Source: an archaeon (GTDB lineage: Archaea > Iainarchaeota > Iainarchaeia > Iainarchaeales > JANQMZ01). From it: a DNA stretch of 32,000 nucleotides. A program made the translations under genes and the position numbers. Numbering within the stretch: the first letter of the stretch is position 1; each line of letters begins with the position of its first letter. Below, piece by piece: positions 1 to 7,528 of the stretch. The stretch spans positions 240,001 through 272,000 of the forward strand of contig JANQMZ010000007.1 of the NCBI GenBank assembly GCA_028279805.1, in the 5' to 3' direction. Below the pieces are notes generated by a model. That model was not told the DNA's origin. It saw only the letters and a list, made by a program, of their open reading frames with translations, and made no database searches.

Positions 1-1766
1 ATATATCTTATGCCATTTCCTTTGTAAAATTTTGTAAAAAATTCAACATAATGCAATCTCATGCTCTGAATAAATGAGCCCATTACTCCGAGCCACAAAT
101 TTATTGCATGCCCCAACAAAATTACTATTAAGCCTATAATAAAACCTGTAATACCGTTCCAGATATGCTGTCCTGCCAGATTATTTATAATTAAGGCAAG
201 CTGCACTGAAGATAATCCTATTCCAAAAAGTCTTGCATATGAAATAATGTGTCCTACTGCTGACGGAATTTCAATTATTCCTGCAAACCCTTCCCCTTTA
301 ACCATTAAAACCAATGCGATTAGTGAAATTATCCCGCCTGAAATTAATCCAAAGCTGATCATTCCAAAGTTTTCCAAAATAACAAGCGCAACTCCTAACT
401 CCAGCAAAATCCATGAAATTCCTTCCTCAATCGCCCCCATCAAACCATGTTTTGCAAAACCGTTTACAGCCTTTAAAACAAAACCAAGGTTTATGTGTAA
501 TACGCCCACCAGCACTGAAATTAAAAGCATTTGAGTAATTCCATGAACCCTGTTAATCAAAGGATTGTGAACAAACTCTACTCCAAAAAATTCTGCAAAA
601 ACAAATCCAAAAAATATTGTTGAAATGCTTGAAAGCAAAAGAATTGTCAAAAGATTTTTCAGCTGTTTTCCTGGCTTTAAAAGCCTTAAACCGGTGTAAG
701 ATATCAAAAAAACAAGCAAGCCGTAACCCACGTCTCCAAGCATAAAACCGAAAAATAAAGGAAAAGTTATTGAAAACAAAACGGTGGGATCTAATTCATA
801 ATATTTTGGCAAAGAATACAAGTCCAGAAACAGTTCAAAAGCATTTGTTGGTTTAGGATTTTCAAGCTTTGTAGGAGCTTTTTCCCCGGCGTCAAATTTT
901 TCAATATGAATTCTTTTTTTTGCAGCCAGACTTAAAGAATTTTCAAATTTTTGCAAGCTTTCAGCAGGAATCCAGCCGTTTACAAAAAAAGAACGCATGG
1001 ATGAAGCAAACTGAAGAGGCGCTTCAGCTTTTTCATTTAACTGTGTTAAAGCCTGTTCAAATGAATTGATAAAAAGTTTATGTTTTTTTTTAATTGCCCT
1101 TAATTCTTTTCTTTTAAGCCTTATTTTTTTTCTGACGCTTGCCAGCATTGATTCAAGTTCTTTTTTTGATTCGTCAAACTTGATTTCAGATTCAGCAAAA
1201 CCATGTGACAATAAAATTTTTCTGGTTTTCTCTTCCTCTGAAAGAGGAACAACAAGAATGAAAGCATTAGCTGTTTCCTCATTGTTTCCCATTAAATAAT
1301 ATGACTTGACTTCATTTTTCAGTTCAGGTTCGAAATCTGACTGGCAAACTCCCTTAAACAGTTTAACATTTGAATAACCTTTAAGCAAAAAAGGCTTAAC
1401 ATTAAGATTCAAAACAGGTTCTTCAAGTTTTCTTTTAATTGCCTCTCTTTCCTTCCTTAATCCAGTTAATTCAGAGTTTAGAAATTTAACTTCCTCAAAA
1501 ATTTTGACAAATCTTGCATTAGCCTGTGAAATGTTTTCAATTTTTTTAATTTTTTTGCTTTTCCTGATTTTTAACAAGTCAATAACAGAACGCAGTTCAA
1601 CCAAAGTCTTTGAATATTCTGAAGCTTCATCAAAAGAATTGCCTGAATTAAAAAAATCATTTTCTTTTTTTTTGAAAGGATTCACATGCAAAAGATTTAA
1701 GTCATACAATGAGCCTATAATTTCCTTCATCAAATTTTTAGGGCCGGAAATTCTGACCTTAACCAT
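1..1766 (-). CDS. atpI: A/V-type ATP synthase subunit I (membrane a-subunit), partial; the C-terminus runs off the left edge
   Basis: Not in the ORF track because the frame has no stop inside the window. My translation from the ATG at 1766-1764 gives MVKVRISGPKNLMKEIIGSLYDLNLLHVNPF. The same frame at 59-3 reads RLHYVEFFTKFYKGNGIRY, the conserved C-terminal region of subunit I/a. It starts 4 nt after the atpH stop. Confidence 0.8.
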   Translation of the reverse strand, partial: MVKVRISGPKNLMKEIIGSLYDLNLLHVNPFKKKENDFFNSGNSFDEASEYSKTLVELRSVIDLLKIRKSKKIKKIENISQANARFVKIFEEVKFLNSELTGLRKEREAIKRKLEEPVLNLNVKPFLLKGYSNVKLFKGVCQSDFEPELKNEVKSYYLMGNNEETANAFILVVPLSEEEKTRKILLSHGFAESEIKFDESKKELESMLASVRKKIRLKRKELRAIKKKHKLFINSFEQALTQLNEKAEAPLQFASSMRSFFVNGWIPAESLQKFENSLSLAAKKRIHIEKFDAGEKAPTKLENPKPTNAFELFLDLYSLPKYYELDPTVLFSITFPLFFGFMLGDVGYGLLVFLISYTGLRLLKPGKQLKNLLTILLLSSISTIFFGFVFAEFFGVEFVHNPLINRVHGITQMLLISVLVGVLHINLGFVLKAVNGFAKHGLMGAIEEGISWILLELGVALVILENFGMISFGLISGGIISLIALVLMVKGEGFAGIIEIPSAVGHIISYARLFGIGLSSVQLALIINNLAGQHIWNGITGFIIGLIVILLGHAINLWLGVMGSFIQSMRLHYVEFFTKFYKGNGIRY

Positions 1767-1770
1767 TTCT

Positions 1771-2124
1771 TCAGCGTGAAACACTTTTCAATTCCTCTAA
1801 AAATTTTTTAAAAATAAAATTAACCTGTTTTGAAGTTTTTGGAATTACCTTTTTCTTCAAAGAATTCAACTTTTTTTCAGCTTTTACCTTAATTTCTTTT
1901 TTCTTTTTTTCAATTTTTTTCTCTTCCTGTGAAAAAATTTTTTCACGGAATTTAGCATCATTTTTTTCAGCATTAATTCCGACCTGAAGAGCTGATTTTT
2001 TTGCTTTTTCAAGAATTTGAAGTTTTTGCTTTTCAGCTTTTTCAACAATTTTTTGAGCCTGAATCTCAGTTTCCTTTATTTTTTCAAGTGATTCTTCGCT
2101 TGATTGTTTAACCAGTTGAGACAA
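1771..2124 (-). CDS. atpH: A-type ATP synthase subunit H (small Lys/Glu-rich coiled-coil stalk protein)
   Basis: 117-aa KE-rich coiled-coil ORF immediately upstream of atpI, matching the archaeal atpH-atpI order. TTG start at 2124 is preceded by GGGGGA. The call rests on size, composition and position. Confidence 0.6.
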   Translation of the reverse strand: MSQLVKQSSEESLEKIKETEIQAQKIVEKAEKQKLQILEKAKKSALQVGINAEKNDAKFREKIFSQEEKKIEKKKKEIKVKAEKKLNSLKKKVIPKTSKQVNFIFKKFLEELKSVSR

Positions 2125-2521
2125 AATTAATCCCCCAAAACATTGCCAAAATGCTTAAAACAAATGAAAACACAACACGTTTTTAAAGCTTTTTAGCCGT
2201 TTTAAAGCAAAAACAAGCATTATACGGAAAATATATACAAAAAGAAAAAGAAAAAAGTTGTTAGATTCTCTAATTTTTGATTGTTAAAAAGTTTGAATTT
2301 CAAAATAAAAATTGATAATAAGTTCTTTGAAGACACTATTGACAGCGTCAGAAGTTTTTCGGAATTTTTGACGCTACTTTTTTCAAATTTTTAAGCTTTC
2401 TCCCCCTGAAGCACTGCCCAACATTTTTTTGTTGGGCTGTTTCTTTTTACATTTTTCAGGTTTTTAAAAAAAAGGCTATAAAAACATTATCTTTTTTTAT
2501 TTTTCATCGGGGATTTTTTTA

Positions 2522-3277
2522 ATGATTCAGAATTCTTTTTGCTTTTTAAAATCCGGGGATATAAGAATTGAAAAAATTTTATGGCAGGAAGGAGTCAAAA
2601 ACTGGAAAGATTTTTACAATTTAAACGGATCATCAGAATTAAAACAGCAGGAAATTGATTTGCTGGGAAATGAATTAAAAGAAGCCGAAGAAGAATATGG
2701 TTCTGAAAACTCTGACTATTTTTACAAGCTTTTTCCTGAATCAGAAAACTGGAGACTGTTTAAAGATTTTGAAAAAAACACAATGTTTTTTGATATTGAA
2801 TGCACCGGTTTAGGCTTTAATGATAAGACTACGATGCTTGGCACTCTTTTCAGGGGAAAATTTAATGCTTTGATTCGCGGGCAAAATCTTTCAAGGGAGA
2901 ATGTTGCAGAAGAATTGAGAAAAGCAAAATTGCTTGTTAGTTTTAACGGAAGCCAGTTTGATATTCCTTTTTTGGAAAAAGAATTCAGAGTCAAAATAAA
3001 CATTCCGCATGTTGATCTGCGTTTTACAGGTTACCAGATTGGATTAAGAGGTGGGCTAAAAAGCATTGAAAAAGAATTAAATTTTCAAAGAGATGAAGAA
3101 ATTCAGAATGTTGATGGCTTTGAAGCAACCAGGTTGTGGAGAAATTATTTAAAAGGAAACAAAAAATCTTTACAGACCCTGGTGGAATACAACAAGTATG
3201 ATGTTGAAAATCTGGAAAAATTAATGAACCATTGTTATAATAAGCTGAAAAAAAAGAGATTAAATGAAGAAAATTAA
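2522..3277 (+). CDS. RNase H-fold 3'-5' exonuclease, YprB-like (PolB-exonuclease-related)
   Basis: DEDD-type motifs in the expected order: FFDIECTGL (Exo I), SFNGSQFDIPFL (Exo II), YNKYDVENL (Exo III). Confidence 0.65.
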   Translation: MIQNSFCFLKSGDIRIEKILWQEGVKNWKDFYNLNGSSELKQQEIDLLGNELKEAEEEYGSENSDYFYKLFPESENWRLFKDFEKNTMFFDIECTGLGFNDKTTMLGTLFRGKFNALIRGQNLSRENVAEELRKAKLLVSFNGSQFDIPFLEKEFRVKINIPHVDLRFTGYQIGLRGGLKSIEKELNFQRDEEIQNVDGFEATRLWRNYLKGNKKSLQTLVEYNKYDVENLEKLMNHCYNKLKKKRLNEEN

Positions 3278-3567
3278 AGCACTGTTAAAGTGCCATTTCT
3301 TCCTGTGCCGACCTGTTTGTCGCCTCTGAATTCTGAAACCCAGCCGTTTTCAATTTTAACGGTGTCTCCTTCTTTAACCTCTGCACATTGTTCGTTCCAC
3401 AAAGTCAGGCTAACCTCACCGGAATCGTCTTTTGCAGCACAAGTGCATACTTTTCCTGCACCTTTTTCAGTGGCAAAATCTCTTACCTCTCCTTTGCTTA
3501 CAACCTCAAGAGTAATTTCATCTACAGCCGTTCTAGGCTTCAAATCTTCTACTTTCATCAAATTCAC
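3274..3567 (-). CDS. Small OB-fold nucleic-acid-binding protein (RPA/SSB-like)
   Basis: 97 aa with a single-OB pattern: KGEVRDF..GKV....AKDDSGEVSLTLWNE...VKEGDTVKIENGWVSEFRGDKQV..G. GAGGTGA Shine-Dalgarno lies 6 nt upstream of the ATG. Confidence 0.6.
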   Translation of the reverse strand: MNLMKVEDLKPRTAVDEITLEVVSKGEVRDFATEKGAGKVCTCAAKDDSGEVSLTLWNEQCAEVKEGDTVKIENGWVSEFRGDKQVGTGRNGTLTVL

Positions 3568-3636
3568 CTCAAATATAAGTGTAACAATTCAACACCTAAA
3601 ATGTTTAAAAAGGCTTTTGATTGTTTTAAAAAAATT

Positions 3637-4587
3637 TTAAAGCTTAAAAACCATGTTTTTTAAAGTCAGATTATGAATTACAATCCAGTTAAGCAATGTA
3701 ACAAAAGCTGCAAAAATTATTGCACTCACTCCTGTCAAAAACTCGGGAATGTTTAAAGCCAGAACAAATGCAATAAAAACGAACTGCAAAAAGAAACCAA
3801 AAAAAGCATTCAATCCGAAAATTCTTAAAAATTCGGCTTTAAATTTTTTGAATTCAAACAAATAATAAAACAACAAAAACAAAAAAACTGAAACTCCGGC
3901 TGAAAAAACAACATAGCTTTCTGAAACCGTTAACCTTGCCAAAGGAATAAAAAAACTTAAAACAATTCCCAAACCTGTTAACAAAAAAGCAAGAGAAAAA
4001 GTTTTCAGAACAAATTTTTTTTTCTCAGCAAAAAAATTTCCGACAATTAAACCTATTACAACAATAAATGTCCATGTTAAAATTCCGGGCAGCCCGCCTT
4101 CCCCAAAATTTACAGCCAAACTGTGAAAAAAAGGGTGTTGCAACAGAAAAAAATGAAGCAATATTAAAAAAAAAGCAAAAACAAATTTGAACAAATTATT
4201 TTTTGAACTGACAAAGAATGCAATAAAATAGGAAGCTCCAATTGCTTCCAAAACACCCCAGACCAACTGCAATGAATTGCTTCTTACCAGATTGTCTCCA
4301 AGCATTCCGATTAAAATAAGCAGAACAGAACGCTTCAAAACATGTTTTGTTATTTTTTCATTTGACTGTTTTAATATTTTTTTTCTTTTTTGCATTGAAA
4401 AATGAAGTGAAACTCCTACAATAAACAAAAAAAATGGAAAAATTAAATCAACAAAAGTTATTCCTCCGATACCATCAGGAAAATGTTTTAACGCAAAAGG
4501 AATCAATGAAAAAAAAGCCAAAGTGTTTACAAAAATCATTGATAAAACGGAAAAACCTCGAAAAATATCAACAAAATCATAACGCAT
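3637..4587 (-). CDS. Polytopic membrane protein, HGSNAT/DUF1624-DUF5009-like acyltransferase family
   Basis: N-terminal motif MRYDFVDIFRGFSVLSMIFVN followed by about 9 hydrophobic segments. I prefer the start at M24 (4587) because the 4656 start abuts tRNA-Arg. Confidence 0.5.
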   Translation of the reverse strand: MRYDFVDIFRGFSVLSMIFVNTLAFFSLIPFALKHFPDGIGGITFVDLIFPFFLFIVGVSLHFSMQKRKKILKQSNEKITKHVLKRSVLLILIGMLGDNLVRSNSLQLVWGVLEAIGASYFIAFFVSSKNNLFKFVFAFFLILLHFFLLQHPFFHSLAVNFGEGGLPGILTWTFIVVIGLIVGNFFAEKKKFVLKTFSLAFLLTGLGIVLSFFIPLARLTVSESYVVFSAGVSVFLFLLFYYLFEFKKFKAEFLRIFGLNAFFGFFLQFVFIAFVLALNIPEFLTGVSAIIFAAFVTLLNWIVIHNLTLKNMVFKL

Positions 4588-4664
4588 GTAAACCAGCCAA
4601 ATATGCAAACAAAGTAAACCAGTGCTGCCGAAGGCGCACGTTCCCACCCGAAACATCGGGCTAG

Positions 4665-4736
4665 CGGACCCGGAGGGATTCGAACCCTCAACCCACAGCT
4701 TAGAAGGCTGTTGCGCTTCCGTTGCGCCACGGGCCC
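4665..4736 (-). tRNA. tRNA-Arg (anticodon UCU)
   Basis: The reverse complement folds as a 72-nt cloverleaf: acceptor GGGCCCG/CGGGTCC, anticodon stem ACAGC/GCTGT, loop CTTCTAA, T-arm GAGGG-TTCGAAT-CCCTC, discriminator G. No CCA is encoded. Confidence 0.92.
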
Positions 4737-4829
4737 TTTTTTAGCTATTAATTGTGGTTTGATAGATTTTAAACCTTTTTTAATTAAATTCAAAAACCTA
4801 TTTAAAGCATTAAACAATAATAATTAGCA

Positions 4830-5681
4830 ATGATTCAAAGAAACTGGATTTTAATAGGAGTAATTGTAATTGCTCTTGGCTGGATTTTTTTAAATTTTGA
4901 CACTGGCCTGCCTTTTGATACGCAGGAAAATAATGAGGCAAATGTTTTGAATGAACCTGTTTTGAATTCTGAAACTGTTGAAACAAGTGTTAATTTTTTA
5001 CAAAATAGTGTGACATTTGCAGATGAAAAAGATTTGGTGAGTACCATTTTTATGAGCCGCAAGGTTGACACGGAAAATGAAGACGAACCGTTTGTTTTTC
5101 AGGGAAGAGAGTATCAGATTGTTATAAACAAAAGCAGCAAAGTTCTGGAAGTAACTTATAATGATTTGGAAAATAAAAAAATGCGTTTTTCTGTGCCTTA
5201 TGAAAATGAAGCTTTTTCAAAAAATTCTGTAAGTTTTTCAAATGCGTTTGATGAAAAAGAAGCTGAATTTAAATATTTTGTTTTTGAAAATGAAAATCTT
5301 GTTTATTTTTTTTTAACCGCACAATCTTTTCCTTTGCAGGGGCAAAATTTTTTAAGATTTGAGGGAACTGATACAGACGGAGACGGAGCTGTAGATATAG
5401 ATTATTATGCAAGAGATGCAGAAGCTTTTGGTTTTGATTCAGGTGATTCAATGCCTCTGGTCGGGCACTTTGTTCTTTCAAACAAAGGAAAAGATGTGAA
5501 AGTTTTTGTTAACACTTTAAATGATGCTTTAATTGTTCCTGATGAAACTTTTTCCTATTATTTGGGTCCGGTAATGTTTGACGGGAAATTTTTTAATGAA
5601 ACAGGAAAAACAGCTGTTGATTCAGCGGGAAACCAGTTTCAGCTTGACGAAAAAAAAGTTTTAGTTGTTCTTGCTCCTTAA
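4830..5681 (+). CDS. Hypothetical secreted or membrane-anchored protein with a DxDxDG-type motif
   Basis: N-terminal hydrophobic helix (WILIGVIVIALGWIFL), acidic ectodomain, and DTDGDGAVDIDYY, which resembles calcium-binding loops. No family recognised. Confidence 0.55.
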   Translation: MIQRNWILIGVIVIALGWIFLNFDTGLPFDTQENNEANVLNEPVLNSETVETSVNFLQNSVTFADEKDLVSTIFMSRKVDTENEDEPFVFQGREYQIVINKSSKVLEVTYNDLENKKMRFSVPYENEAFSKNSVSFSNAFDEKEAEFKYFVFENENLVYFFLTAQSFPLQGQNFLRFEGTDTDGDGAVDIDYYARDAEAFGFDSGDSMPLVGHFVLSNKGKDVKVFVNTLNDALIVPDETFSYYLGPVMFDGKFFNETGKTAVDSAGNQFQLDEKKVLVVLAP

Positions 5682-5694
5682 AATTAGTGGTTTT

Positions 5695-6396
5695 ATGGAA
5701 AAAGCAAAAAACAGGAAAAAAAATTTTACCGCAATAGCATTGTTTGTAATAATGCTTGGAAGTTCACTGGTTTTGTTTTACCACATGCCTGAGCTTATTG
5801 CCCCTGTTTTAGCCACTTTAATAGGAATAAGCATTGTTTTTTTAATCTGGAAAGCAATTCACGGCCCCGGTTCTGTTAAAGAACTTTTAAAGCAAAAAAG
5901 AAAAATTTTGAAAGAAATAAGCATAACAGAAAAAGAGTTTTTCAAAAGAAGGTTATCCGAAAAAGATTACAGGGAGATGATGCAGCAAAAACAAACTGAA
6001 TTAATTAAAATTGAGGGAAAAATTGCAGGAATTGAATCAAAAAAATCATTAAAAGAAGAAAAAACAACAAACCTTGCAAAAAACAAACAACATGCTTTAA
6101 AAAAATTATTAGAAGAAAAAAAAAGACTGTCAGATGAAAGAAAGCTTATTGACATAAAATTTCATAAAAGAAAAATTAATCAGCAAATATACGAACAACT
6201 TGTTAAAAAAAACAAGAAAGAAGAAGTGGAAACAGAAGCATCAATCCAGCAAATTTACAGTGAAAAAACAATTGATGAAATAATGACTGGTTTAAAAAAC
6301 AGGTTAAAAGAACTTGAAAAAGAAAAAAAAATAAGAGCAAAAGGAGAAAAACAGATAATGGAAGAAGATATAATTGAAAGTGTTTCAGAAGAATAA
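5695..6396 (+). CDS. Hypothetical membrane-anchored coiled-coil protein
   Basis: Two N-terminal TM helices followed by about 170 aa of K/E-rich heptad-like sequence. I prefer the ATG at 5695 because the 5665 start overlaps the upstream gene. Confidence 0.5.
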   Translation: MEKAKNRKKNFTAIALFVIMLGSSLVLFYHMPELIAPVLATLIGISIVFLIWKAIHGPGSVKELLKQKRKILKEISITEKEFFKRRLSEKDYREMMQQKQTELIKIEGKIAGIESKKSLKEEKTTNLAKNKQHALKKLLEEKKRLSDERKLIDIKFHKRKINQQIYEQLVKKNKKEEVETEASIQQIYSEKTIDEIMTGLKNRLKELEKEKKIRAKGEKQIMEEDIIESVSEE

Positions 6397-6408
6397 TTAA
6401 ATTAGTGA

Positions 6409-6888
6409 TTATGAAATTTTTTCAAGCAAATCCGAAGCAAATTTTTTGATTTCCTCTGTTTTTTTTTCATTCAAATCAAACAAAGATTTAACAGTAACAG
6501 AACTTACAACATCTGCACCCATAGTACTTAAAATTCCTGACAATTTTTGAACTGTTTTTCCTGCAAGTGCAACTGAAGAGCAAAAAATTCCGAATTTTTT
6601 ATTTTCAACATTTTTAAGTTTTCTTACAAAATGTTCAACAACAGGATGCATTGAAAAATTGCTGACAGGCGTCCCGACAATAATCAAATCAAAAGACTTA
6701 ACATCAACCAGGTCCTCCTCAAAATCAATTTTTTCAAGTTTGGAATATTCATCTACTTTTACTTCTTTTTTTGGCTTTAATTTTAAAAACTTTATTTTAA
6801 AATTTTTTAATTTGAAAAAATTTTTCAAAGCATTAGCCATTGACTCAGCATTGTCAGCTTTTGAATAAAAAGCAATTAAAACATTCAT
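6409..6888 (-). CDS. Flavodoxin-like fold protein
   Basis: MNVLIAFYSKADNAE at the N-terminus, IIVGTPVSNFSMHP and KKFGIFCSS fit the alternating beta-alpha layout of short flavodoxin-family proteins. Confidence 0.5.
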   Translation of the reverse strand: MNVLIAFYSKADNAESMANALKNFFKLKNFKIKFLKLKPKKEVKVDEYSKLEKIDFEEDLVDVKSFDLIIVGTPVSNFSMHPVVEHFVRKLKNVENKKFGIFCSSVALAGKTVQKLSGILSTMGADVVSSVTVKSLFDLNEKKTEEIKKFASDLLEKIS

Positions 6889-6980
6889 TTTAACACAACC
6901 TATTTTTACTACAATTATATTAAAACTATTTTTCTCAGGATCATTCTGAATAAAACTGAGCTTGCATTATTTAAAAAACT

Positions 6981-7517
6981 TCAGTAATAACGCCTTATAA
7001 AAAAATACAAAAATACCGCAATTAAGGAAAAAGCAATCCAGTAACCCAAATCATTAAAAGCAGGCTGTTCAACCGGTTTTTCTTTTTCTTCTGATTCAAA
7101 ATTGTTTTGAACAAAAACCTGTAAAATAAATCCAAATTTTATTTGTTCATTTGAAACAGGCTGAATTACAAATTTTGTCCTGTGATTTCCCTGTGAAAAA
7201 TTTTCAGGAGGATTAATTGAATAACTTATTTCTTTTTTTTCACCGGGTTCAAGTTTTACAGATGAATGGCTTAAAGATGAAAATTTTTGCAAATCATCAA
7301 TAACATCATCATTTATTCCCAAATCATTGTTAACTCTTAATGAAACTTCAATTGGTTTATTTGAATCGTTTTCAACAAAAAAAGAACCGTTAATTTTTTC
7401 ACCTGTAAAATCATGATAAATTGTTAAAGGTTTTACAATAATAGCCGGAGACAAAGCAAATGCCTGTGTTAAAAAAATCAAAAAAAACAAAAATGTGAAA
7501 ATTTTTTTAAAAAACAT
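6981..7517 (-). CDS. Hypothetical surface protein: signal peptide, beta-rich ectodomain, C-terminal TM anchor
   Basis: Signal-like N-terminus (FTFLFFLIFLTQAFA), a C-terminal helix YWIAFSLIAVFLYFFIRRYY, and a start 11 nt downstream of the large surface-protein gene. Confidence 0.55.
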   Translation of the reverse strand: MFFKKIFTFLFFLIFLTQAFALSPAIIVKPLTIYHDFTGEKINGSFFVENDSNKPIEVSLRVNNDLGINDDVIDDLQKFSSLSHSSVKLEPGEKKEISYSINPPENFSQGNHRTKFVIQPVSNEQIKFGFILQVFVQNNFESEEKEKPVEQPAFNDLGYWIAFSLIAVFLYFFIRRYY

Positions 7518-7528
7518 TTAAAAAACCA

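Noticed and set aside
247-1779. Three plus-strand ORFs (247-534, 1066-1299, 1504-1779)
   Set aside because: All are antisense to the continuous atpI reading frame, which I translated at both ends and at one internal point. Their low-complexity Ser/Phe/Leu content is typical of shadow ORFs.
4536-4817. 93-aa minus-strand ORF
   Set aside because: It spans tRNA-Arg (4665-4736) and the 5' end of the membrane-protein gene, so it is an artefact of the tRNA's open frame.
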